A stretch of 63,717 bases of DNA, the filler included, from Trypethelium eluteriae (taxonomy: Eukaryota): assembly GCA_051942245.1 (NCBI GenBank). It is 2 parts of 2 records of this genome, joined end to end, with 100 filler letters (N's around TTAATTAATTAA, not from the genome) between each part and the next. Parts side by side here need not be neighbours in the genome. Positions count along the whole stretch, not along the records: positions 1 to 31,818 come from JAVECL010000268.1; 1 more part is not named here. One strand, 5' to 3'. The notes beneath the pieces were generated by a model. The model was not told the DNA's origin. It did not search any database and worked only from the letters and a program-made list of their open reading frames with translations. Shown here one piece after another: positions 1 through 11,074 of this stretch (its first letter is position 1; every line of letters starts with the position of its first letter). Made by a program: the position numbers and the translations under genes.

Positions 1-141
1 ATTACCAAGTTGTTCAAAGCTTAGTGACCCTTCTTATATCATTGGATCCTTGACACTCCGCTCCTACGTGAAAAAACCCTGAGACTACTCTACGTACCTG
101 CTACAAGCTGTGCTTGTACCAGGGGGTATAGGCTCATAACA
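1..141. mobile_element. Probable end of an LTR inserted in the hAT relic
   Basis: Less AT-rich than the adjoining relic. Ends in ...CATAACA (typical LTR terminus) exactly where the hAT transposase frame stops. The other end is outside the window. Confidence 0.4.
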
Positions 142-1507
142 TCAGCAACTTAAAGCATATTAAACCAGCTATTTTATTTTGTATAATTATTAAGAGGGAT
201 TCTCTAACTAGCTTTTAAAATAAATTCTATTATATAAGGAGCAGATGCACAAATATAGATAATAAGATTGTGAAGTTTGCCCATTACTCCTATTTAAATA
301 CGTAATTTATTTTGCCTTTTTTTTAATATCTTCTTATCTGGCTGCTTATCCAAAAGCTCTTCTTAATTATACAAAGCTATATTATCTTTATTATCTTTAT
401 TATTAAAGAGATATGCTTGTACAATAAAATTTAGAATATGGCCTTGGTAGTGAATGCGATTTTAAGTAGCTATCCAGTTAATCCGGTAAGTTTTAGAAAA
501 GTATATTAATATTATATAACAAAAAGTATTATTTATAGCTGCATTATTGCCAATAACTGTGCCAATCAACTTTATACAGCTATATTCTTTAAGGACCGGA
601 AGTAAGACTAATTATTAAGCTTTGCTGCTATGGCCTGGTATTATACAGAAACTGATTAGATGAGTATAAAATTAATTAGTATAATTAATATAGCTTGCAT
701 AGATAGCTAAAAAAAGGTAGTTATTTAGAGATGTCCAAATATTAATAGCTAGATAGATTCGCGTCTTTGTAGACTGGATTAATCTTTATATAATATCTTT
801 TAATTCTAGAAAAGACTCTTAAACTCTTTTTTTTATTATATTATAAGAGTGAGGAAGTTTAACCCAGGGATTAAGCATAAAAATAAATTTATGTAATACA
901 TCCTATTTAATAAGTTAAAAAGAAAGTCCGCATATAATAAGCAGATTAAGAAATGCTATTATTATAAGTGTAATATTTGTTATACAAAAGTATATATATT
1001 ACTTAAATTTAGCCGCTTCTCCTTTTATATAAAGCTTTTTATAGTCCGCTTTCAGTTAATTGGTCAAAGTTAAAGTTATTAAGTATAATATTGTATAAAA
1101 TTAATTAATCCCAACTTCTGGGTGATATTTCTAAATATAACCTTGTAATCTACTGGTTAATAAAAAAGACTTTTTATTGCAATATTTGCAATAATAAAGT
1201 AATGCTTTTTTAAATCTCTCTAATTTATTTAGCTTTCTTATACAATAATAAATATGGATATCTGACCTATATCAAGCTTTAGATTTAGTACTCTCAATAT
1301 CAGCAGTAAAAAAAAATTCTTCAGTCTAAATAAATGCCATAGCTATAACTTATTTTATGCGAAGAGTCTTATTTCACAAAGAATTTCTAAAATTTAGCTA
1401 TTTGTGTGGGGGCTAGCGTATCGTACGATAGTATTGTTATCGTACCGTATCGTACGATAAAAATACCGCCGATACTATCGGCGATAATCGTACCGTTGCC
1501 CAGTCTG
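142..1507 (-). mobile_element. RIP-inactivated hAT-family DNA transposon, 5' part including terminus
   Basis: Very AT-rich. Minus-strand translation gives degraded hAT motifs in the expected order: IYLAINIWTSLNN (DxWTSPN, ~720-760), GTVIGNNAAINN (DNA..ND, ~530-563), RIHYQGHILNFIVQAYLF (RxRCxGHxLNL, ~405-458), IPLNNYTK*NSWFNML (NxTRWNSW, ~153-200). Terminus reads CAGACTGGGCAACGGTACG from 1507. Confidence 0.85.
1419..1507. repeat. Subterminal palindromes/repeats and terminal inverted repeat of the hAT element
   Basis: TATCGTACGATA palindrome at 1419-1430 and 1448-1459; ATCGTACCGT twice; hairpin CGCCGATA-C-TATCGGCG at 1467-1483. Confidence 0.8.
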
Positions 1508-1878
1508 GCCAACAACAACTGCTATACATATGTTACTAATGTACTGCAAGGGATTCGATAGTGTTCCTCAAGACTCGAGTGGTGAATCTAATTGGTTGTG
1601 AGAACGCTATAACAACTGGAAGGAGAGAGACTTATGATACAAGACTCTTTGTATTTCTTTACTTTCTTATCGAATGTATCTGGATTGCCCTGCTGGACAG
1701 CTCTTTATTACTGGTTATAGTCATGATTTCGACCGCTAGGAATTGTCTCAAGATATGAAAGTCGTATTTTGTGAGCTTTGTTACCTGTATGAAAAGGGGC
1801 GGTGTCGAATTTATTGATTATCCACTCGCTTGAATCGTAGATGGCTGAAAGGTAGATCGTACGTAAGTCTTTTACAGA

Positions 1879-3672
1879 TTACCCGTTGATCACTATGTCT
1901 TCTCTGACGTAAAATGTGGAGTCCATCGGCAGGTCAAGCGTCGTGACGCCACTTGGGAAGCCAATAAGCTCTACAACCTCAAGATTAAAAGCTCGCAAGA
2001 TAGCAGCGTTATCCTGGCCTGTCTCTTGTACTGAGAAAAGCCCATTTCCAAGTCCCTCTTCGAGAATGAAACGAATGAGCTCCCCATCAGGCGTGCGTAT
2101 TTCAGCCTTAACGACAGATGCGTTTCCGTCATCGGACGTAACATGAAGAAATTCCGCTTGTTGCTCGTTGGCTAAGCCAGACCAAAAAACTCTGTGAATA
2201 GGTTCAAGTTCGAAAAGACACGCGTAGTGTCGGGGGTTGTCTGGAAAATAGACACCGAAGCAAACGTGTCCATTGTTATGAGCGCCCGTTGAGATGGTCT
2301 CCTTTAGATAGCCAGAAGCTAGGAGGAGAAGTGGCTGACTTCTTGAACATATGCTACGCTCGATTGCGAGCAAGTCCAAGTCGTTGCCCTTTTTGGTGAC
2401 GAGAACTGATGCGATCTCTAGAGGCAGCTGTACAGGGAGAAAGGTAGCTAGCTGCGCTAATATAGATAGGTTCAAGATACTTCCGGGCTTTGGGGCAGCA
2501 TATTCAACACTGACGGCAAAGGCTTTTCGCACTTCTGACAAAGCTTCTGCTCTTGTTAGGGTTTGAAATTGCTCGGGGCTCAACCCTTTGTCAAGTACGA
2601 ACGGCGCAATCAGACGTATTAACGCGAGAAAAATGTGCGGCTGTTTATGTTAGCAACTACAAACAAGTAGAAATGCGCGTCTACACACAGTTGAGGTTTT
2701 GTTAACTTTATCAAATGCTTTCCAGCAGATTCCTGTTGGTGTTGGAATTCTGTGGGCCTCTATGAAAGCGTTAAAGATATTTTCCGTCGAGTTATCCAGT
2801 GCAGCCCCGCTGAGGGCCAATACTTCCGGTCCGTTTCCCGACAGATACAGCTGACTGGCGATCGACAGCTTTAATATAGCTCTGAACTCGTCTTTTGGAA
2901 TCAGCCGGTCAAAGCTACGGGATTGCGAGGATGGTAGTTGCGAGACCGAAATCATTGGAGGACCAGTTACTACCGATTTTCCACCATGAAGTCGACGATT
3001 ATTGGAGCATGCGAGGAAAGTGTGAGCTTGGCGTACATGCTCATTGTGAGGCAAATCCTCGACGTATTCTCTGTCTGGCTGAAAAGAGCAGTCGTCGTTT
3101 CTGGATGTGTTGATGCTAGACATGCTTTGGAATAATACAATGCGGTGCCACTCATTCAGCTCCTCCTCAAGATTTGTACCGCTATAATCTGGAGGAAATC
3201 TTGCGTGGCTATCATTGCGCCGTAGTAGAATAATGAGCGCAACGCATGCAGTATCGAAATCCAGCGGCCGGGCAGCTACATTGTGATATGGGAAAGATCC
3301 TAGACAGACCATACATCGATATAGAAGCGGACCAGCGGCTGTCAGGACTAGTCTCAACTCTTCCGGTGTTGTCGCGCTTAGGAACTCGATTAGGTCCGAT
3401 ATGTCCCAAGCTTTATTAGTAAGACCCAAGCGATTAAAAGGGGTTCTAGAACTACCTACAGATCGATTGATCGCACGATGAACCAAACTTTTCAAATACC
3501 GTTCGTAGCCACTTGAGTTCCCCGAGAGACAGACAATGACCTTTGAATAGATCTTTGAACCTCTGACGAAATCGATCTGTAATAGGTGTTACGATAGGCG
3601 CACGATGAAGACGGATACTAACATGTACTTACCAACTGTATCAATTTGCGGTAGAGAATCTGTTGAGGACAT
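1879..3672 (-). CDS. Rtc5-like / TLDc-domain-like protein (3 exons)
   Basis: Exons 3672-3633, 3576-2689, 2640-1879 join in frame through GT-AG introns (GCTAAC branch site in intron 2). LGSFPY, VLFQSM, FGVY, LFELEPIHRVF and FNLEVVELIG resemble fungal Rtc5/TLD proteins. Confidence 0.6.
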
Positions 3673-4316
3673 GATTTCGAGACGAGGGTGAACTTGGTGA
3701 AAGACTGTGATGTATTGTAGTTTTGATGGCGAGGAGCAGGATCAAGCGTGTTGTGCACAAGTGGACGCATCCAGTATATATACAAAGCGATAAAGGAAAA
3801 GTAATGGTGGCAACGTTAAAATGTTCTAGAGTCAGATATTCCAGCTGCTTCCCCCTTCCCCGCATTGATTGGCCAAAGCTGGCCTCACCAACGTCATTCT
3901 CAAAAGCGCGTCGAGTTCTGATATTTCTTTCGAACGTCCACGTCCAGAATGTGACCTCTATCTTGCACGTTGGGAGCTGAATCTTTCTTGCTATCGAGGA
4001 TTAAAGAACATTGCTCAAGGTCTCTTGCCACTCCGATTGATCAATGAGATGAATGAAGAGCAGCACCATTTGCCAAATGCGAAGGATATTCTACAGCCTA
4101 AGCACAGACCTGTAAGGTTCAACACAATTGACCCAGGTATCCTACCAAAAAAGCCTGGATTCCAACAAGCCTAGACGTGTAGCTGTGATTGCGATACGGA
4201 AGATCCGTGTGGCACAGGTGATTCTAGGTAGCAATGAGGCATGGTCCTTTCCTCGCCGTGAGGCACAGCGTCTTCGTCTCTAGAGCATCGCCAATCCTCA
4301 AATCTGGAAATGATAC

Positions 4317-4575
4317 CCGTGCCTCACTGATTTTCCTTGCTGCAAGGATCACTGCTCCTTGAGTCCACCAGTAATTAAACTAGGTATGTGTTCATTTTGA
4401 GGCGCAAGCTAGGAACAATGGTACGGATACATCCACCGTGCCGGCCGTGCTTCACTAAAGTTCCTTGCTGCAAGTAGCACTGCTCCTCGATCCACGAGTA
4501 ATTGAACCGAGTATGTGTTCGTTTCAAGGGGCGGGCTGGGAGTAATGGTATGGATACTTTTACTATGCCACCTGT
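4317..4575. repeat. Diverged tandem duplication, period about 128 bp, two copies
   Basis: ccgtgcctcactgattttccttgctgcaag...gtatgtgttc...atggtacggatac at 4317 is repeated as ccgtgcttcactaaagttccttgctgcaag...gtatgtgttc...atggtatggatac at 4445. Confidence 0.85.
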
Positions 4576-5215
4576 GCCGTCCAATTTTCACCACCGGCAA
4601 TCTCAAGGATCTTACGAATGTCTCTCCAAAGATACGAGCTTAGGCGGGCCGATGCGGAATGTCCAGAAGGCACATCAGATCACCTTCGCGTCCTGGTACA
4701 CTGAGCGTGATCCATTAGAGATCTGTCTGCTGAGAAATGACATCTCATGTTGTTGAAGACTGCAAGCAGATCCTCAATCGATGCGATGTATCTTGGTAGC
4801 AAAATCTCCCCACTCTCTCAACTGAATAAAGTCTTAATCTCTGATCCTAACCAGGTCCCAGGTAACAAGCGGCACGTTCTATGTAAGTAGAAGAGATCAG
4901 CTTGTTAGGCCTTTCTGGTTTCAGATAGCGAGTTTGACTGGGCACTCCAGTCCCGGTGGTAAGCTTGGCATGACCGGATTGTAATATCTGGCATTATTAG
5001 TTGAAGTGTCTTCTGTCATGCTGAAATGAAGGTCAACTCACAACTTTTGCTTCTTCGTACCTCAAAACAGCACCCTTTGTATTTGCATGTTTCCTCTTCA
5101 ATCTCTTGTCACGAATCCGTGCAGTAAAGCTGTACAGTCCTCGCTACAAAACGCCTTCAGCTCATTCAAATTCCAGAGTCTTCACCTCAAGACCTTGCTG
5201 CGGAAAGCCACGAAC

Positions 5216-5881
5216 ATGCGTCATAATATGGTCCTTGTGTGTTCTACCGCCCTTATTGCTTCTACGCTCGCCACACAAAGCACCATCGGCTGCAAGAACT
5301 GCCTCGACGACAGTAAGGATGATATTAGGTACGGCTGTTTCCAAAACTGCCACATAGCTTTCAATCCGAGCAGCTCTGAATATCAAGCCTGCCGCGATGG
5401 CTGCACAGAATTTGTATTCGAAGAACATTGTTGCACCTCTGAATCCTGCAGCAGCGATGCCAACACCTGTATGGCTACCTTCTTCACGCCACCCAAGAGA
5501 AGCAGACGCCTTGATCGGAGGCTCAAGTCCATGAGTTTAGTCCATGATCCAGACATCCCATCTATGGAGCCGGGCGCCTTGATTATACGCGACGGTACAA
5601 CACATCTTGAAGTTAGGGTAGATCCCGGGAAGGCGTGTTGTATAGCCGCCCAGACAATTTTGAGTCAAGGCGGAGCTAGAGTGTTACCTTTAATTACGGG
5701 ACAGATCTGGTCGGACGACACCGCGGCCGGACTGGTTCTGGTTGCGTTTGGACTGGCGAGTGGATGGGCTTGCAAGACAGTGTACGGGGAGAGTTGTATG
5801 TTCGCCGCTCCGGGTCTTAATGCGCCTCTTGCAAACGGTCCGATTGGGGCGCCGCCTCCACCTCCTGCTCCACCTCCTTAA
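5216..5881 (+). CDS. Secreted cysteine-rich precursor protein (effector/toxin-like), about 221 aa
   Basis: Signal-peptide-like MRHNMVLVCSTALIASTLA; 10-Cys module; basic linker KRSRRLDRR; 4-Cys hydrophobic C-terminal module; poly-Pro tail. Confidence 0.75.
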   Translation: MRHNMVLVCSTALIASTLATQSTIGCKNCLDDSKDDIRYGCFQNCHIAFNPSSSEYQACRDGCTEFVFEEHCCTSESCSSDANTCMATFFTPPKRSRRLDRRLKSMSLVHDPDIPSMEPGALIIRDGTTHLEVRVDPGKACCIAAQTILSQGGARVLPLITGQIWSDDTAAGLVLVAFGLASGWACKTVYGESCMFAAPGLNAPLANGPIGAPPPPPAPPP

Positions 5882-6731
5882 GCCCGATAGCTATAGATTC
5901 CATGGCATGTGTAAGTGATGGAGTAGATAAGTAGATTTAGCGGCAACTTCAGGAGCATTTCGACCACACAACACCGATTTTAGCTTTTTTCCTCTTGACT
6001 TTTTTGCCTTTGCTTTTGCGACTCCATTGAGCGAGTTCTCCTAATGCAGAGCGATTCCTTGAAAAGAACGAACATAGTCCGTTCTGCAATCAACCGTGAC
6101 ATCTTTCTAATGGATTAATGGGTGCGAGAGACTGTCAGGATGGAAAAAGAAAAGAGTCACATTTGATAAGACATGAAATCCTTAGAGTAGTAGAAAGCCC
6201 ATTTCGGCTCACCAATGACAAGGTGTGAGTATGAAACCTCTGCAATGCGTACCTTTTCCTCATGAAATGAAAGAATATTGCGAAACCTGTCTAGAGACGC
6301 CCAGCGGATCAGAGGGCAATCAACCGAGCCCACCTGCCTCAGAGCCATAGGACTTTCATTAGTAATTACATAAAACTCCAATGTAGAATCGATGCGGCGT
6401 AGGCGGCACAGACAATCAGCCAGTCGTTGATATTTCTTTCGGCACTCAAAGTCTGTCTTCTTTTACCTCTTTAAAGTTTAGGACTTCAGTTGTCTAATAG
6501 TCCGACGCTTGCAGCCTCCCTATTATCTCCGATGCTACAAGGCATGAAGCCTTAACGAGCGCATTCCATCAAGTTAGTCGTTGACGCATGCTCTTTCCAG
6601 ACAGCACTTAGATCCTTGCAAAAGCGCGAAGTAAATGAGAAATATTGCTAATTAGTTCTTATTCCCGCACCTGCTTTAGACGTCAACTTGTTCTAACCAG
6701 GAATGCCCGCTACAAGCTTGATCACAGGATA

Positions 6732-7187
6732 ATGGCTACCCCACAAATCCAGCAGCATATGACAATTGCAGGCATCAACGTCTACCGTCTTACTGCAATC
6801 ATCTTCGCATTGGGCGTCGTACGCCAGCTTGGTCCACAGTCATTACGCAGCGTCCCTTTTTGGCTTCCCGCCCGAGCTGCCAACCTTCTCCTGAACAGTC
6901 TTATAGGATTTGGCACTCCATTTTTTGCGTGGAATATAGTGGCCAATGAGCATCCTGTGATATTTGGGAGTCGACTCGTCAACAGAATCGTCATCGATCG
7001 CCTCGTCGTCGGGATTGCCGCTGTCTGCATTTTTGCGACGGTGCTGCAGCCAGGTACGCTGAAAACGGCCTTACTCTGGGCTACAATCGGTTCTTGCTGG
7101 GTTCTCGGGATCGTAGTCACGCCCTCAGAGGTCAGCAAGATGGGACTGCGATGGCTGGGTAGGGGCTTGGCTATGGAGATGATATAG
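6732..7187 (+). CDS. Small hypothetical multi-pass membrane protein
   Basis: Open frame of about 150 aa from ATG 6732 with about four hydrophobic segments; no family recognised. Confidence 0.5.
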   Translation: MATPQIQQHMTIAGINVYRLTAIIFALGVVRQLGPQSLRSVPFWLPARAANLLLNSLIGFGTPFFAWNIVANEHPVIFGSRLVNRIVIDRLVVGIAAVCIFATVLQPGTLKTALLWATIGSCWVLGIVVTPSEVSKMGLRWLGRGLAMEMI

Positions 7188-7919
7188 ATTGTACAGCAAA
7201 GGGAAACGTTGCGATGATCACACGATAGCGGTGCGATTCTATTGTGGAAGACGTGAGAGATATGCTTTCGGAGGTAGTGGGAGTTACGTATTTCATGACT
7301 AGGCAGGTACACGAGTTATTTCTAATGACAACATCTGTAAGTACAAGATACGGAGCAAATCGCTCTCCACCTGCAGAGGTTGTCGCGCCAAGAGGCGGGA
7401 ACTGCCACCCTTCACCGCTCTTGCCGTGGCACTGGGGACTGGACTGGGCTGAGAGTCTTAAACCCCAAACCTCCCAAGCTATGCAAAGAAGGGGTAGACT
7501 ACGGCGTTTTATAGGCATGGTGAGAACCCCTTCTGTCGATTCTTCTCAATTCGCGCTCGATCCTTCATCGTGATCCTCGAATTGCTCACTAGGCTCTCCC
7601 GAACTTGCGGAACCTACGAAGTCAGATTCCAAACCACTTCCACTGCCAACAGGATTTGACCAAGGTGGAGAGTGCCCAAACCCTGAAAGTGTCAAAGTCT
7701 TCGAAATGATAGCTCAGGACTGCATTCTCCAGGTTAAGTAAGTAAGCGCTGGAACCAAGAAGAGAGAATGATGTCTATCCTTTCATTTCCTAGAGAACTG
7801 TGCACGATGCCCATTTTAAGCGGTGAATGCGACGCGGAATCTAGACATCCCCCCATAGCCAAGTTTTTGAGCCGCGGCGATAGGATGTGGCGGACGTATC
7901 AGGCTGTGGCGGCCTCTGC

Positions 7920-10900
7920 CTATGATTCCTCATTCGACATCTTCGATCTGTCCTGCGCAAGCGCCTTCAGGTCGTTGACGCCTGGCCCAAATTGAACAGC
8001 AAAGGTCTCGAGAAGGTCAACGATAGCGTACCATGGCTCAGAGAGCCTACTCCCTTCTGCGTTCATAACTAAGCGAACTTGGCGCCACCGTTCAAGGAAT
8101 CGGACCTCGGATGAAATATCATCCGAGGTTATGTAGTCGTAATTGAATTGATAATCTCCTGCTCCTGAGAGCCAAGATCGCGGTAGTCTTGAGGCCGCGC
8201 CATGACGAATCAAGATTGCAATTGCGTTGAAGTAAGCCTGCTTCTCGAAGGCGTTCCCACCATCGATCGCAAGCCAGTCCGCTACGAATGAGAGAAAGAG
8301 AGCCCAGACCGATACGCCCTCAAAAACGTCATTAGGATTAGCCCCGTATTCCAGAACTCGGTTCAGAAGCTCGGGATTTGGGGCAGAATTTCCAATATTG
8401 AGGGTTTCTGGCGAGTGTGCGAACCTTGGCCGGAGGATATAATCCAAAATAGGACGGCCTCGTTTATTTCTGACTTGCTCTGGTGTCATAAATGCCATGA
8501 TGTAGCCATTTAGGTCAAAATCAATTGCCAACGTGAGGAATGAGCTCCTCTCTTCCTGCCAACCAGCACATGAGGAGCCGATGTACCAAGAACTCTCCGA
8601 GAACTCGTAATTTTGGAAAAGAGTCTCAATAACGGGCTGTATCATCGTTGCGGCGGTAATTGATGACGGGGTGTCTTTCCAACTTGGCAACGAGAGAACG
8701 CTCATAAGGTAACTTGCAAGGCCAAGCGATAAGTTCGGGCCAGTCTCCGCTGCTTCAAGTGCCATCATTTGTGCAATCCTGGCGTTCAAAAGGAACATTC
8801 TCGCGTCGTACGGTCCGTTGGTATACTGATGTAATACACTTTGAATCTCTGGAGTCAGTAGGAAGTCCCGGCACGTTCGGTGAAAAAATTCCACTTTTAT
8901 CATAAATGGACGCAGGAGGCCTCGCCCTTCAAAAAGATGAGGATATATCGATGGTTCCAAGACTATATCGCGCTGGGGAGCCCTTGCTTCGTTGCTTTCT
9001 GAAATCTCCGAATCGTCTATTATCAAGAAGTCATCAGGCTCGTACAGGCATTCCAGTAGACCCATGCAACGACTGTTCAATCGCCGAGCAGTTGAATCAA
9101 TGAGAAATTTGAGTCCCTCGCGATCGAGAAGATCGAGACCACCAAATTTGTATCGCTTTGTGAGCACAAAATCGGGAAACCCTTCATCAGTAAATGACAG
9201 GTCAAGGAGACGATGAGGATGCAGTGATACGAAATCGCGTTCCTCGTGGAGCGTGATCTGTAAATACGTAGAAGCTTCAAGACGGTTTTGGGGGCTAATC
9301 GAATCCATCAAACGCTGAAAATACTCATTTAAATCCGCTGGAATTCCGTCAAGTGTCTTCCACATGGCACGAACGCCATCTCCATCTCGAAGGCCTTTGA
9401 GTAGCTCTCGTACTACCAGTCGAACCCACAAGAAGACGCCCGCAGCTTTTCTTGTAATAGTTGAGATGAGACTCTCTGCATTGTTGCGGTCGTGACGAAG
9501 CAAATATTGGAATCGCTTGTGACTGCGAAGCTGTGACTTGACATACTTACTAATGTCATCATATGTGAGATCCTCGAGCCTCAATTGGGGGATGTCGCTA
9601 AACGAATCGCTGAAAACATTCCAAGGTCTGCTAGACAAGCAAATCTTGACGTTCTCCAAACTTGCAAGATCCGTCAATAGATCTACAAGCTCATCCCGCA
9701 TTTCATCAGTGCCCTCGAGCTCGTCAAGACCGTCCACAAGCAAGAACACCTTGGAAGACTTTCGGACACTCAGCATGTATTCCCGCAGCGAATACCGCAA
9801 GTCTGACTCGGTCCATTCGATCGTCCGATTCACGGATGTCCGTGCGGCTCTCCATTTCCCAAGTGGTACTACCTGTGGGACTAGATTGGGCGTTTGTTCA
9901 AGTAGTTGCATCAACAGGGATCGAAGGAGACCGTCCATAGACTTTTGCAACTTATTCCCTGGACCCCAAAAGAACCACTGTGCTTTCAAAACGGTACAGT
10001 CGGCAGCCCAGGGAAACATATGGTCCCGAACGCTGATATTGTCGTCCAGGAATCGCATCAGTGTAGACTTTCCAGATCCTGGCTTACCACAAACCCAATA
10101 GATCTTCCTGGTCTCCATCTTGGAGGACAACCAAGCAACCATGTCATCTCCTCGCCGTCTCTGATCAAGCCCAGGGCGTAGAATCCATCGATAGGTCTCA
10201 TTATGGGCCTCGTGGATCTGATGTCTACGCTCCTGGACTTGTGGGAAGTGAAGGCTATCCAAAATCTTTTGCTGGGCATCAGCCACCTGACGTTCTTCTG
10301 TGAGGGCCTGAACATCATTGTGTTGGGAAAGGATAGAATTCAGCTGATCAGACAAACTTTCTAAAAAGTCCCGATTTGACACGGCGAATTGCAGGATCGT
10401 CTGATTCTGTGTAGCATCCAGGCTAGTGCGTTCGAGTTGCTCCGCAAGTAGTCTGATCTCATCCCTTATCGAGCCGGAGGAGGAATTGACAGCATTCAAA
10501 ATGCTCCCTTCCACGCGTGTAGTGGATCGTAGTATTTCACTTTGGCTTGTTGACGTGGCCTGCTTGGAACTGAAATCGACACGTCAATAAGAAGAATCCT
10601 AGACATCTTCATGCGTTTCGAGACGCACTTCATGTACACTAAGAACGCGACATTCAGGTTGTCTCGCGCTTTCGAGAGCATGTTCTCCATCGCTTCCATC
10701 TTCTCTTTGTACCACAACGTCTTGATGCTCATGCGTATAGATTCTAGCATTGCGTGTCTGTTCTTGATCTTAAGCCGATCAAGAAAATCTATGAAGTCAT
10801 TTGATAATCGTAAGCACTCTGCGTTAGCTTCCAACAGGCGGTTTTCGGCGGTGCTCAGAGAGTTTGATCCTCCCAGCTTAGGCATTGAAGCCCGTAAATC

Positions 10901-11074
10901 CGCATTGAGATTTCTTAGAGACTGCAGCACATTGCGAAGGTCTTGGTGCTCAGTAAGAGCTCCATCCGCAGCTTTTCGGTAATCCAGGGCGTTGTTTAAT
11001 ACTTTTGATCCCAGCTCAATTATCTGTAGCACGTTGCAAGCAACAGAGAATGCGCTCAGTGGTTCGAGGACCAT
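7920..11074 (-). CDS. Fungal NLR-like STAND protein: N-terminal helical (SesA/HeLo-like) domain, NACHT NTPase, helical C-terminus (2 exons)
   Basis: N-terminus MVLEPLSAFSVACNVLQIIELG; intron 10628-10570 joins the two ORFs in frame; Walker A GKPGSGKST, Walker B LLVDGLDE, CLSSRP and AAGVFLWVRLV motifs; ankyrin-like LEYGANPN near the end. Confidence 0.9.

Noticed and set aside
1419..1500. CRISPR-like or operator-like palindromic array
   Set aside because: Eukaryotic DNA, no regular spacers; explained as transposon subterminal repeats.
9538..10101. 187-aa plus-strand ORF and similar long antisense ORFs across the window
   Set aside because: Shadow frames of well-supported genes on the opposite strand.
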